Positions 18,699 to 28,853 are shown, numbered from the stretch's first letter. The stretch: DNA of 64,000 bases from Candidatus Hydrogenedentota bacterium (GCA_029974275.1 JARKSN010000175.1:21545-85544); one strand, 5' to 3'. Numbers and translations are program-made. Notes: generated by a model from the sequence alone, not told the origin.

Positions 18699-19903
18699 GC
18701 GCAGGCCTCGTCCCACATCGTTTCCATGTTTTCGGGCGGAACGCCGGGCTGGATGTTGTGGACCGCCGCGAAAACGAACCCGCCGCCGGGCGCAAGGTCG
18801 CCGATGCGACGTTGCACTTCCTGGCGGACTTCTTCGGGCGTGCCTTGCGGCAATACGGTCTGGGTGTCGCATCCGCCGCCCCAAAACACGATGTCACGCC
18901 CGAAATCGGCCTTGAGGCGTTGCGTGTCCATGCCCGTTGCGGAAACCTGGACCGGATTGAGGATATCCACGCCCATCTCGATCAGGTCTGGGATAAACGC
19001 GCGCACGGAACCGCAGGAATGCAAGAAGAGCTTGGCGTTGCCCATCTTGCTTTTCATGTGGGAGTAAAGGCGCTGCGTCGGCGGCTTGACCAGTCTGCGC
19101 CACATGTCGGGGTCGATCTGCGGCCCATGCTGCGTGCCGAGATCATCGGCAATGCACACGACGTCGAGATACGGCCCGAGCGCCTCGATGTACGCGTCGA
19201 ACTCCTCGATATGCGCGTCCGCCAGGGCGTCCATCAACGCCACGGCAAAGGCATCATCCGCGGCGAGATCGCATAGGAAATCGGCCATGCCCCGAATGAG
19301 TTGCGCGGCGGCGAAAATGTGGCCGCCAAACGCGCCCGCCAGCGCATAGTCCGTCGTCTCGCGCACCGTGCGCGCCCGGGCAACGCGGTCATCGAGCGTC
19401 TCGTCCAACCACGCCGACCGGTCCAGGAACCGAATGACATGCCGGTACCGCGCCACGTCCTCGATTGTCCGGATAAACGGAAACACCGGACCTGTCGGCG
19501 AGAACCACGGCGACTGGGCATGGCGCACGATCAACGGCTGGCCGTCCTGTCCCAACACCGCTTCGCCGCCGTCGTCGAGCCGCACCGGATTCCAGCCCTC
19601 GGGAACCTCGCAGGGAGAGCCGTCGAATAACGTGGAGGTCTTCCATGCCTTTGGTTCGAACCCGATGCGCACGATGTCGCCGTGAAAACGCGCGCGCACC
19701 GGCTCCTCGACGGTGGCCGTCTGCATATAGACATGATGCAGGCGCGTGGCCCCATCGTGCAGTCCCATATGCCGTTTCAAGGCGTTGTACGCGACGCCGT
19801 GAATACTCGTTACTTCCGTGCCGCCGACATCGATAGGGACGCGGTCCGGTTCTTTGTGGTTCAAAGTTGCCACTACGCGCTCGCGTGACGTCATCATGGG
19901 CAT
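18689..19903 (-). CDS. Uroporphyrinogen decarboxylase superfamily protein (MtaA/CmuA-like)
   Basis: MTSRERV...EPDRVPID, ADDLGTQ, LHSCG, LNPVQ, FWGGGCD and HNIQ. Confidence 0.85.
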   Translation of the reverse strand: MPMMTSRERVVATLNHKEPDRVPIDVGGTEVTSIHGVAYNALKRHMGLHDGATRLHHVYMQTATVEEPVRARFHGDIVRIGFEPKAWKTSTLFDGSPCEVPEGWNPVRLDDGGEAVLGQDGQPLIVRHAQSPWFSPTGPVFPFIRTIEDVARYRHVIRFLDRSAWLDETLDDRVARARTVRETTDYALAGAFGGHIFAAAQLIRGMADFLCDLAADDAFAVALMDALADAHIEEFDAYIEALGPYLDVVCIADDLGTQHGPQIDPDMWRRLVKPPTQRLYSHMKSKMGNAKLFLHSCGSVRAFIPDLIEMGVDILNPVQVSATGMDTQRLKADFGRDIVFWGGGCDTQTVLPQGTPEEVRQEVQRRIGDLAPGGGFVFAAVHNIQPGVPPENMETMWDEACACG

Positions 19904-20011
19904 GACTCCTCCTTGCTGTGTAGATGCAGCATACGAACTGACGGCCGTGGTTGTCCAGCGCCAAAATGAAACGGTACTGCGTCAAGTAAAATGCGCCAAG
20001 AATAGAAAACA

Positions 20012-20047
20012 TTGTATTTTTCAATAAAACGGAATATAATTTCTGTT
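20012..20047 (+). promoter_or_regulatory. Sigma70 promoter with palindromic operator; probably leaderless transcript
   Basis: TTGTAT-17 bp-TATAAT, ATG 7 nt after the -10 box, no SD; AACGGAA/TTCTGTT imperfect inverted repeat flanks the -10. Confidence 0.6.
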
Positions 20048-20422
20048 ATGGAAAACAAACCAAAACAAATATTCGATTGCCCGTATTGCGGACATGCCAT
20101 GCAGCCGCTCGTGATGGGATGTGCACATTGTGACGTCGAAATTCGCGGAAGCTTCCGCGCGAGCCCGTTTCAATCGTTGCCGGATGAACAGCAGGCCTTT
20201 CTGGAAAAATATCTTCTGGCCGGGTTCAGCATCAAGGCCCTGGAAGAGGAAACAGGGATGGGCTATGTCGCTATTCGTTCCCGGTTGGACAAGCTTATCG
20301 ATAGTTACCGTGTTCTGGTTGACGCGGAGAACCAGCGCATCGAGATTCTCGATCGGGTCGCCAAGGGCGAGATATCGGCGGAAGAGGGGGCTGAACGGTT
20401 GAGGAGGATGGGGGATGTCTGA
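20048..20422 (+). CDS. DUF2089 family protein (Zn ribbon + HTH + SHOCT-like tail)
   Basis: CPYC...CAHC, FSIKALEEETGMGYVAIRSRLDKLI and EILDRVAKGEISAEEG. Confidence 0.85.
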   Translation: MENKPKQIFDCPYCGHAMQPLVMGCAHCDVEIRGSFRASPFQSLPDEQQAFLEKYLLAGFSIKALEEETGMGYVAIRSRLDKLIDSYRVLVDAENQRIEILDRVAKGEISAEEGAERLRRMGDV

Positions 20423-22097
20423 GCGAGAGAATACGGAATCCGCGTCGGATCACTTGGAGACCCTCCGCGCCTCGGGGCAACTATCGGAAGCCGACTACAC
20501 AAAGTTGCGGGAAGCCATGCGGGCGTCGGCAAGGAACAAGACAACCGCCCCGCCCGCCCTCCCGCCGCTCCCAAGGAGGAAGCGAATACCTTGGGGCCCC
20601 ATGGTAATTGGCGTAGTTGCGGGTGCGCTGTGCCTCTTGATGGTGCTGGGGTACGTGTGGCGTAACCGAGACGGCGCCGCTGTTCCTGTTGTCATCTGGG
20701 ACATGAGTGCTTCGGGACTCCTGGATGAGACGAACCGGTTGTACACCATCGAAAACAAGACCGTCCATGTGTGGCCGCTTACCAAGCCGGACAAGTGCCC
20801 TGCGGGACTGGGCAATATCGCCGAGGGGAAACCCGACGTCAACACCATTGTCATCACATACGACGTCGCACGCTCGGGGACCTACTACCTGCATATCGAA
20901 TGGAACCCCGGTGGCAGCGGCGAGGAACGCTTCGAGGTGCTCAACAACGGGCAACTCATCCGAAAAAGCGAGGCGCGGCATGGTGAGGGCAACGCGTCGA
21001 ATACAACCGACATCTTCGAAGTGCCCCACCGCAAGGGGACGAACGTCCTGACATTGCATCGACTGTCCGGGGATGGCATGCACTTTTTAGGAGTTGCGCT
21101 GACGAGTGTCCGCGATCTAGACACGGCTCGACAACAAACGAGCAACGAAACGCCGTCGGCAGCCGCGAGCCAACCGTCCGATCCCCAAGCGGAACCATCC
21201 CAGTCGGAGACACCTGCCGCGCAGCCTACAAAGCCAGCGGTTCAGACGATGAAGCCCGACCTCAAGCACCCAGATGTGGGCAGCTACAGCGCTGCGATTG
21301 GCGCGCAGGGCATGGTGTTGACGAGTGAGCACATCCTCTTCTTCGCACCGCAGGCAGCCAGCTACTCAGCCCAGATCATTTTCCCTTATCTCGTGAAAGC
21401 GTACGACGAACTCAAGGCCATTACGGGCGTCGACACGAAATACAAAATCGTCGTCTATCACTTCGCGCCAGGGAACGCCGACGCGTTCGGCGGCACAAGC
21501 GAATGTGTCATCTACTACGACTACGGGAATCTCTACATCGACCAGTTTCCCGAGTGGACCCAGCACCACGTGCCTCACGTCAGCGGGTACATCGAGGAGA
21601 TGGCCCACAACTTCGTTGGCACGACAAACGTCCAATTCGGCTGGGAGATGGTCGGGTGGTCGTTGGGAATCGCAGCATCTCGGAAAGTGGCCGACAACCC
21701 CATCTTCGAGGCCAGCCTGCGCCAAACGCGCGCGGGCCAAGCCGATACCTATCAACGCTACATGACTGCGGGATGCGTGCTGCCCCCGGATGTAGATCCC
21801 AACCAGGTCGATCGCATTCATGCCTATATTCTTGGACAATGCGAACAACGTTATGGAGCTCGTTTCTGGCCGGATTTCTTCAAGGAAGTCCGCAAACAAC
21901 ACGAGGCATTGGAGCAGGCTCTCTCGCTCCCCGACGACGAAAACCGTAACGCGCGCTACCAGATATCCGTCGAGTGTTTCGATCGACTGCCAGGGCTGGA
22001 CTTCAAAAAAATGCTTCAGTCCTCGGGGATATCCCTCACGACGGACGTGAAAGCGCTGCATCCCACCGAGCCCGGCTGGAACCGGCAACTACAGTGA
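20415..22097 (+). CDS. Hypothetical single-pass membrane protein (SHOCT-like N-terminus, beta-sandwich, linker, peptidase-like C-domain)
   Basis: 560-aa ORF overlapping the DUF2089 stop; one TM helix; S/P/Q/T linker; YIEEMAHNF motif. Confidence 0.7.
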   Translation: MSERENTESASDHLETLRASGQLSEADYTKLREAMRASARNKTTAPPALPPLPRRKRIPWGPMVIGVVAGALCLLMVLGYVWRNRDGAAVPVVIWDMSASGLLDETNRLYTIENKTVHVWPLTKPDKCPAGLGNIAEGKPDVNTIVITYDVARSGTYYLHIEWNPGGSGEERFEVLNNGQLIRKSEARHGEGNASNTTDIFEVPHRKGTNVLTLHRLSGDGMHFLGVALTSVRDLDTARQQTSNETPSAAASQPSDPQAEPSQSETPAAQPTKPAVQTMKPDLKHPDVGSYSAAIGAQGMVLTSEHILFFAPQAASYSAQIIFPYLVKAYDELKAITGVDTKYKIVVYHFAPGNADAFGGTSECVIYYDYGNLYIDQFPEWTQHHVPHVSGYIEEMAHNFVGTTNVQFGWEMVGWSLGIAASRKVADNPIFEASLRQTRAGQADTYQRYMTAGCVLPPDVDPNQVDRIHAYILGQCEQRYGARFWPDFFKEVRKQHEALEQALSLPDDENRNARYQISVECFDRLPGLDFKKMLQSSGISLTTDVKALHPTEPGWNRQLQ

Positions 22098-22287
22098 GAA
22101 CGAACCTCTCGCCCGCGCGAACCGCGCCCCCCCAAAATAGGACGGAGACGAGCCCGCCGTGCAGTTCGAAGGCTTGCACGCCGATTTCGATTTTCCGGCA
22201 ACGAGGAGTATAATCCCGCCCCATTGTTTGCATTGACGGGTGGTTGGACTGTGTAGACGCCTGTTAGCAGGGCCAACGAAAAGGAAT

Positions 22288-25200
22288 ATGCCAGGTATGC
22301 CAGACTTCGAAGCGGCGCGGAAAATAGAAGCAACGCAGGTGCGTTTGCGTTTGACCGAGATCGAACAGACCATTTATCAAGACAAACAACCCCTCGATCG
22401 CGTCGAGGCGGTGGTGACGGGGCTGGGCCGGGGCGTCGAGCCGATGCCTGCGTCTGGCTGGAAGGCCTTCGCCGTGCCGGGACGTTGGGGCGGACGCGAC
22501 CAGACGACGTGGTTCCGCATGAAGTGCGCCGTGCCCAAGGCGATGCAGGGCAAGACGCTGTATGCGCTGTTCGCCGTGGGCGGCGAGGCCCTGGCGTATG
22601 TCAACGGCAAGCCCGCGCAGGGCATTGACGGCAACCACACGGAACTGCTGCTGACCGAGAAGGCCAAGGCGGGGCAAACGTTCACGATCGTCCTCGAGTG
22701 CACGCCGGGCACGTGGCACGATGTCCACCCCTTTTTCGAGAAAGTCGAGGTCGCGTCATTCAACAAGCCGGCATGGGATTTTTATTGGGACGCCACGGTC
22801 GCGCTGGACACGTGGGAAGCGCTTCCCGAAAACTACGCGCCGCGCCGCAAGCTACTGGAGACGATCAAGTCTTGCGTAACGCTTGTCGACTTGCAGCACA
22901 AAGAAGAGCCGGCGTATTGGCGATCGATCGAGACGGCGCGCAAGGCGTTGAAAAACGCCCTCAAGGAATTCGAGACCAGCTACGGCGTGGGCGCCCTCAC
23001 GCTACTGGGCCATTCGCATATTGACACGGCCTGGTTGTGGCCGTTGCGCGAGACGCATCGCAAGTGCGGGCGCACCTTCTCGACGGTCCTTGCGCTGATG
23101 GACCGCTACCCCGAGTACCACTTCACGTGCAGTCAAGCCGCGCAGTACGCGTGGGTCAAGAAGGACTATCCTGATCTGTACGCGCGCATCAAGCAGCGCG
23201 TCAAGGAAGGCCGTTGGGACCCGGCGGGCGCGTTGTGGGTCGAGCCGGACTTGAACGTGCCGTCGGGCGAGGCGCTGGTGCGGCAGGTGCTGTACGGCAA
23301 GCGTTTTTTTCGCAAGGAATTCGGCATTGATCCGAAGGTGGCGTGGACGCCGGACACGTTCGGTTACTGCTGGGCGTTGCCGCAGATTCTGACGCGCGCG
23401 CAGGTCACGCATTTTGTGACGAGCAAGCTGCGCTGGGGCAGCAAGTTCACCGAGTTCCCGTATCATTTGTGGGAGTGGGAAGGGACCGACGGCAGCCGCA
23501 TCATGGCGTCGATGCCGTATGACTACAACAACAAGCCCTTTCCCAAAAACCTGCTGTACCAGTGGGAAAGCTTTCATCAAAAGGACAAGGTCGACGAGTT
23601 TCTCTTTCCGTTCGGTTGGGGCGATGGCGGCGGCGGCCCGACGGCCTCGATGATCGAACACGGAAAACGCCTCGGCAACCGGGTCGGCATCCCGAAGGCG
23701 ACGTTCGGTCGCGCATTGGACGCGCTCGACCGCATTCGCAAGCAAGCCGACGAAACCGGCCTGCCGGTGTGGAACGGCGAGCTTTACTACGAATATCACC
23801 GCGGCTGCCAAACCACGCAGGCGCGCACCAAACGCCATAACCGCAAGTGCGAACTTCTCCTGCGCGCGACGGAGTTTTTCAGCAGTCTCGCATTGCTCAA
23901 CGGCGGCGGCTACGATCAAGCCACGATTGAAGAGGCCTGGAAGATCGTGCTGACCAACCAGTTTCATGATATCCTGCCAGGCACGTCCATTCGCGAAGTG
24001 TATGAGACCACCGAAAAACACTACGCCCAAGCCCAGGCGATGCTCGGCGACGTGCGCGCCAAGGCCCTCTCGCGTCTGGTCAAAAAGATCGACACTTCCG
24101 GCGAGGGCGCGCCCATCCTTCTGTTCAACAATCTATCGTGGCAGCGCAGCGACGTCGTCCAGGCGTCCGTCGCGCTGCCCAAGGGCGCGTTTGGCGTCTG
24201 CGACCAAGAGGGCCGTCCCGTGCCGCACCAGATCGTCGGCGAGAACGCGCTGCTCATCGAAGCGCACGATCTGCCGCCGATGGGGTACGCCGTGTATCGC
24301 CTCGTTCCCGGCGGCGACGAGGCCGAGGCGAGCGGCTTGCTGTCCGCGACGAGCAAGGGCATGGAGAACGATTTCGTCAAGTTCTCTTTCGACAAGAGGG
24401 GAACTGTCGTCGGGTTGTACGACAAGACCGCGCAACGCGACGTGTTTCCCAAGGGACAGCCCGGCAACGTGCTGCAACTCTTTGACGACCGTCCGCATGC
24501 GTGGGACGCATGGGACATCGACCACAATTTCGAGGAGGTGCAGTGGGAGCCGAAACCCGCCGAATCGATCACGGTCGTCGAGACGGGGCCTGTTCGCGCG
24601 GCGGTGCGCATCGTGCGCAAAACCGAGAGGAGCATCATCACGCAGGACGTCACGCTCTATGCCAACTCGCCCCGCATCGATTTCGTCACGCATGTTGACT
24701 GGCACGAGAAGCGCGTGTTGATGAAAGCCGCTTTCCCGATCGATGTGCGGTCGTCGCGGGCCGCGTATGAAATTCAGTTCGGCGTGATCGAGCGGCCTAC
24801 GCATCGAAACCGCGAGGCCGATGTGGCGCAGTTCGAGGTGACCGGCCACAAATGGGCGGATGTGTCCGAAGGCGACTACGGCGTTAGCTTGTTGAACGAC
24901 TGCAAGTACGGCTACGACGTGCACGAGAACGTGATGCGCCTGTCTTTGCTGCGTGCGACGCAAGTGCCCGATGAAGCCGCCGACCAAGGCGAGCATCGGT
25001 TCACGTATTCGCTGCTGCCGCACTTGGGCGACTGGCGCACGAACACGGTTCAAATGGGCCACGAGTTGAATTCGCCCGTGCTGGCGTTTGAAGCGCCGGG
25101 AAGTAAAGGGCCGTTGCCCCCGGTCGACAGCTACGTGAGCGTCGACGTCGAAAACGTCATCGTCGACACCGTGAAGCGCGCCGAGGATTCGGACGCCGTC

Positions 25201-25386
25201 ATCGTGCGCGTGTACGAAGCCTACGGCCAGCGCGGTCCGGCGCGCATCTCCTTCCACAAAACGCCGAAGCAGGTTGCCGAGTGCGATCTGATGGAGGAGA
25301 ACGACGTCGCTGCGTCGTCACATGGAAACGCCGTGACGTTCTATGTCAAGCCTTTTGAAATCCGAACCTTCAAAGTGTTTTTTTGA
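22288..25386 (+). CDS. Alpha-mannosidase, glycoside hydrolase family 38
   Basis: GHSHIDTAWLWP, WTPDTFGY, GWGDGGGGP, ELYYEYHRG, NQFHDILPG and LLNDCKYG. Confidence 0.95.
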   Translation: MPGMPDFEAARKIEATQVRLRLTEIEQTIYQDKQPLDRVEAVVTGLGRGVEPMPASGWKAFAVPGRWGGRDQTTWFRMKCAVPKAMQGKTLYALFAVGGEALAYVNGKPAQGIDGNHTELLLTEKAKAGQTFTIVLECTPGTWHDVHPFFEKVEVASFNKPAWDFYWDATVALDTWEALPENYAPRRKLLETIKSCVTLVDLQHKEEPAYWRSIETARKALKNALKEFETSYGVGALTLLGHSHIDTAWLWPLRETHRKCGRTFSTVLALMDRYPEYHFTCSQAAQYAWVKKDYPDLYARIKQRVKEGRWDPAGALWVEPDLNVPSGEALVRQVLYGKRFFRKEFGIDPKVAWTPDTFGYCWALPQILTRAQVTHFVTSKLRWGSKFTEFPYHLWEWEGTDGSRIMASMPYDYNNKPFPKNLLYQWESFHQKDKVDEFLFPFGWGDGGGGPTASMIEHGKRLGNRVGIPKATFGRALDALDRIRKQADETGLPVWNGELYYEYHRGCQTTQARTKRHNRKCELLLRATEFFSSLALLNGGGYDQATIEEAWKIVLTNQFHDILPGTSIREVYETTEKHYAQAQAMLGDVRAKALSRLVKKIDTSGEGAPILLFNNLSWQRSDVVQASVALPKGAFGVCDQEGRPVPHQIVGENALLIEAHDLPPMGYAVYRLVPGGDEAEASGLLSATSKGMENDFVKFSFDKRGTVVGLYDKTAQRDVFPKGQPGNVLQLFDDRPHAWDAWDIDHNFEEVQWEPKPAESITVVETGPVRAAVRIVRKTERSIITQDVTLYANSPRIDFVTHVDWHEKRVLMKAAFPIDVRSSRAAYEIQFGVIERPTHRNREADVAQFEVTGHKWADVSEGDYGVSLLNDCKYGYDVHENVMRLSLLRATQVPDEAADQGEHRFTYSLLPHLGDWRTNTVQMGHELNSPVLAFEAPGSKGPLPPVDSYVSVDVENVIVDTVKRAEDSDAVIVRVYEAYGQRGPARISFHKTPKQVAECDLMEENDVAASSHGNAVTFYVKPFEIRTFKVFF

Positions 25387-25486
25387 GAGATTGGGTCATC
25401 TTCTCGATGCGCGGCGGCGGCCTTGAGAGCGGCGGCCCTGCATGGGCGGGGCCGACGTCTCCGCAGACGCGGGATGACGGGTCGGG

Positions 25487-26647
25487 TCATATGTTCTTGC
25501 AGCGGATGTCGATCTGCTCTTGGGCGGAAAGGTCCATTTCCACGGTTTCCGGCAAGGCGCGTCCGTGTTCGTCGTGGGTCAGCGCAATCCATGGACGATC
25601 CAGCGCGTTCCGGTTGACTTGGGTGACGACGCCCGAATAATTTCGGTATTTCCCGCCCCGGACAATCACTTCGATGCCCAGCGGGTACGCCGGAACGAGG
25701 CGCAAAAACACCGACACGACGGCCCTGTTTAGGATCGGCCCGGCCATGTCCCGAATGGAAGCGACGGCTTCGTCGGGAAGCACCGGAGCCGCCGACTCGG
25801 CGCCGCTTAACAGCCGGTCGTACGTGTTGGCGACGGCCACGATCTCTCCGATCAACGTCGGTATCGGAGCCGGCAGATTGCGGTCGCGCTCTATTTTGTT
25901 GCCGCCGACGGTCCCCCGCGGCTGCCCGGAGCCGTCCTGGTGCTCGTGATGCTCCAGCGCCACATGAGGCGCGAGAATGTCGGGGTTGTCGGTGGCCTTG
26001 AGCAACTCGAACCCGAGCAGGGTGTGTTGGCGCAGCCGTCGCGTCTCGGCGACGCCCGGCTCGACGAACACCATGCCGATATCATGAAGCAAAGCGCCCA
26101 TGGCGAGCTGCTTCAGCTTCACGGTATTCAACCCCACGTTTTGTCCGATCATGATGGAGATGACGCAGACGTCGATCGAGTGTTCGTAGAGTTTCGAATT
26201 CGCGGATTTGATTGAGGTAAGCCCGGTCAGCGTGCTGTGGTTGAGCACTTCCTCCATGATGTTTGTCACAAGACTGGAGACCTTCCCCAGCGCGCCGCTG
26301 GAGGACATCAGCGTCTTCACGGAGTCCGATTGGATCGCGTTCTTGACATCCGCCATCGATCGGCCGCGCAAATCCGCGAATTCCTTTTCGATGGACGAGT
26401 AGCACTCTTGCACCGCCTTGAGCGCCCGGGTGCGCAGCAAGGGCGTTATGTCTTCTTCGGGCTCGACATCGACAAGCGATTCCGGGTCCTTGACGTACAG
26501 GCGCGAGTAGCCTTTCGCGATCAGCGCGTCGATATACGCTTGGGTGAGTTGCACGCCGCTGTTCAGAAGCACCATGCCGTTCTCGTCCGTGAGCGGACGC
26601 CCAATAATGAATCCCGGTTTCAGGCGTTCGACGTTGACGATACGCAT
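25487..26647 (-). CDS. HD-GYP domain protein with variant motifs
   Basis: YEHSIDV, LLHDIG, HHEHQDGSGQPRG, IVAVANTYD; N-terminal LKPGFIIGRPL...VLLNSGVQLT. Confidence 0.85.
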   Translation of the reverse strand: MRIVNVERLKPGFIIGRPLTDENGMVLLNSGVQLTQAYIDALIAKGYSRLYVKDPESLVDVEPEEDITPLLRTRALKAVQECYSSIEKEFADLRGRSMADVKNAIQSDSVKTLMSSSGALGKVSSLVTNIMEEVLNHSTLTGLTSIKSANSKLYEHSIDVCVISIMIGQNVGLNTVKLKQLAMGALLHDIGMVFVEPGVAETRRLRQHTLLGFELLKATDNPDILAPHVALEHHEHQDGSGQPRGTVGGNKIERDRNLPAPIPTLIGEIVAVANTYDRLLSGAESAAPVLPDEAVASIRDMAGPILNRAVVSVFLRLVPAYPLGIEVIVRGGKYRNYSGVVTQVNRNALDRPWIALTHDEHGRALPETVEMDLSAQEQIDIRCKNI

Positions 26648-26895
26648 CCACTGCCTCCGTTGGCTCGCATGTCGTTGCTTTCCAAGAAACGCAAGGGCGC
26701 ATCCATGTGACGCATCCCGATGGTTCCGGCAAGGATGTTGGCATAGCGCGAGGCGCTTTTCAATCCAACCGCGTTTCGTAGAAGATCCTCGCGACGCGCA
26801 CGCAAGGCCCGGAAAGGCTTCCGGGGGAGTTTTATTGCCGGCCCGGTTCGCGTACCATGTCTTTGGCAGGATGGATGCAACACGAGGACACCGGG

Positions 26896-27675
26896 ATGGA
26901 CGCCGTCAAATTGCGAGATTTGCTGGAGGCTGTCGCTGCGGGCGAAATGGCCGCGGCCGACGCGATGGAACGTCTGCGCACGTTGCCGTTCGAGGACATC
27001 GGCTTCGCGAAGATCGATCACCACCGCGCCTTGCGCAAAGGATACCCTGAAACCATCTTCTGTTCGGGAAAGACTCCCGAGCAAGTCGTCACGATCGTTT
27101 CACGCATGCGGGAGCGCGACACGAATATCCTCGCGACGCGGTGCAGCCCGGAGGTCGTTCGCGCCGTGCTCAAGGTTCATCCGGACGCCGAGCACCACGA
27201 ATTGGCCCGCGCCATTCGCATCACCGTATCGCGGCCGGAACCGCTCAGCGGCTATGTCGCGATCGTATGCGCGGGCACTTCGGACTTGCCCGTGGCGGAA
27301 GAAGCGGCGGTCACGTGCGAGGCCGTCGGGGGGTGCGTCAAGCGCGTGTACGACGTGGGGGTGGCGGGCATTCACCGGTTGCTGAACCAGCACGAATTGC
27401 TCAACAACGCCAACGCTCTTGTCGTGTGCGCAGGCATGGAAGGCGCCTTGCCAAGCGTGATTGCCGGGTTTGTCGAGACCCCCGTGATAGCCGTGCCTAC
27501 GAGCGTGGGGTATGGGGCGAATTTCGGCGGTCTTGCGCCGCTGTTGACGATGCTGAACTCGTGCGCCTCCGGCATTGCCGTCGTCAATATCGACAACGGC
27601 TTTGGGGCGGGAATCTACGCCGCGACCCTTTGCCGCATGATCGATCGCAACAGGCCGCCCGCTACGACTGCATGA
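26896..27675 (+). CDS. larB: Nickel-pincer cofactor biosynthesis protein LarB (PurE-like)
   Basis: AGTSDLPVAEEA, DVGVAGIHRL, AGMEGALPS, PTSVGYGA, MLNSCASG and VNIDNGFGA. Confidence 0.92.
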   Translation: MDAVKLRDLLEAVAAGEMAAADAMERLRTLPFEDIGFAKIDHHRALRKGYPETIFCSGKTPEQVVTIVSRMRERDTNILATRCSPEVVRAVLKVHPDAEHHELARAIRITVSRPEPLSGYVAIVCAGTSDLPVAEEAAVTCEAVGGCVKRVYDVGVAGIHRLLNQHELLNNANALVVCAGMEGALPSVIAGFVETPVIAVPTSVGYGANFGGLAPLLTMLNSCASGIAVVNIDNGFGAGIYAATLCRMIDRNRPPATTA

Positions 27676-28828
27676 GGGCGATCGCCCGGTCGATTTCTTC
27701 GTCGGTATTGTAGAAGTGCGGCGAAAAACGGATGAACGCTTGCCCGAGCCGATTGTGCCGCAGCGACACGCTGACTCCCCCCGCGTCGAGTTCGCGGACG
27801 ATTGCCGCGAGGTCGCGCGTCGGATGCGACACGCTCACGATTCCAGATAGACGGCGATCGGCGTCGGGCGTATCCGCGTCAAGCAGCGGCTGGTATCCCA
27901 AAGGCCGAAGTCGATCGACAAGCGCCCCGCGCAATTCCAGCAGGCGCTGTCCGATGGCGTCGATGCCGATGTCGAGCAACAGCCGCATTGACGCCAGCAT
28001 GCCGGCAATGCCGGGAATGTTCAGGATGCCGGGTTCGTACCGGCGGCCTCCGGTCTCGAATTGGATGGCGTCCTGCGCGACGAATTGTGGCGACACGACG
28101 TTCCACGATCCGACCAATGCCGGGCGTAACCGTTCGCGGCACGCCGTTTTTACGTAGAAAATGCCCGCGCCGCAGGGACCCAGGAGCCACTTGTGCGAGT
28201 CCGCGCTGAGGAAATCGACATGCTCGACGGACAACGGAAACGCGCCCAGCGTCTGAATGGCGTCGAGGCAAAAGAGGATGCCGCGATCGTGTAAGCGCCG
28301 CCCGATGCCATCGACATCGATACGGCATCCACTGAGGAAATGACACGAGGCCAAGGCGACGAGTCGCGTCCGCGGCGTGAGCGCCGCTTCGACGTCTTCC
28401 CACGCGATCGCGCCGGGGACCGGCGAATGCAACGGCACGGGCGCGACGCCGAGGTTTTCGAGCGCCGCCCACGGGTATACATTCGCGGGATAGTCCTCGC
28501 GGCAATATACGACTTCATCGCCGGGCCGCCAATCGAGCCCAAGGGCCACCAGATTCAGGCCCAGCGATGTCGGCCCCAGCAACGATATTTCGTCCTCCGA
28601 CGCCCCCAGCAACGCCGCCGCCGCCTGGCGCGCTTCCCGCACCTTGGCCCATGCCCACGCGCTTTCCTGGCCATCTTCTGCGCCGCGCCGCGCGAAATCC
28701 CGCAACGCCTCCGCCGCAACCCTGGGCAACGGCGCGACTCCCGCATGCGCGAAAAAAACGCGATGCGCCGCAACCGGAAACATCCGGCGCCGCTCCGGCT
28801 CATTGTGGACAAAACTCAGGCCCGGCAT
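27662..28828 (-). CDS. PLP-dependent aminotransferase class V enzyme
   Basis: LDAIQTLG, SADSHKWLLGP (PLP lysine) and IRFSPHFYNT. Confidence 0.88.
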   Translation of the reverse strand: MPGLSFVHNEPERRRMFPVAAHRVFFAHAGVAPLPRVAAEALRDFARRGAEDGQESAWAWAKVREARQAAAALLGASEDEISLLGPTSLGLNLVALGLDWRPGDEVVYCREDYPANVYPWAALENLGVAPVPLHSPVPGAIAWEDVEAALTPRTRLVALASCHFLSGCRIDVDGIGRRLHDRGILFCLDAIQTLGAFPLSVEHVDFLSADSHKWLLGPCGAGIFYVKTACRERLRPALVGSWNVVSPQFVAQDAIQFETGGRRYEPGILNIPGIAGMLASMRLLLDIGIDAIGQRLLELRGALVDRLRPLGYQPLLDADTPDADRRLSGIVSVSHPTRDLAAIVRELDAGGVSVSLRHNRLGQAFIRFSPHFYNTDEEIDRAIALMQS

Positions 28829-28853
28829 GGTCCGCTTTTCCCTTCGCGCCGTC

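Noticed and set aside
18689..19903. True hemE
   Set aside because: Lacks the RQAGR motif and has the HSCG metal motif of MtaA/CmuA-like paralogs
27662..28828. SufS/IscS cysteine desulfurase serving LarE or MiaB
   Set aside because: No catalytic Cys loop (RxGxHC or SACx) in the C-terminal region; left as a generic class V enzyme
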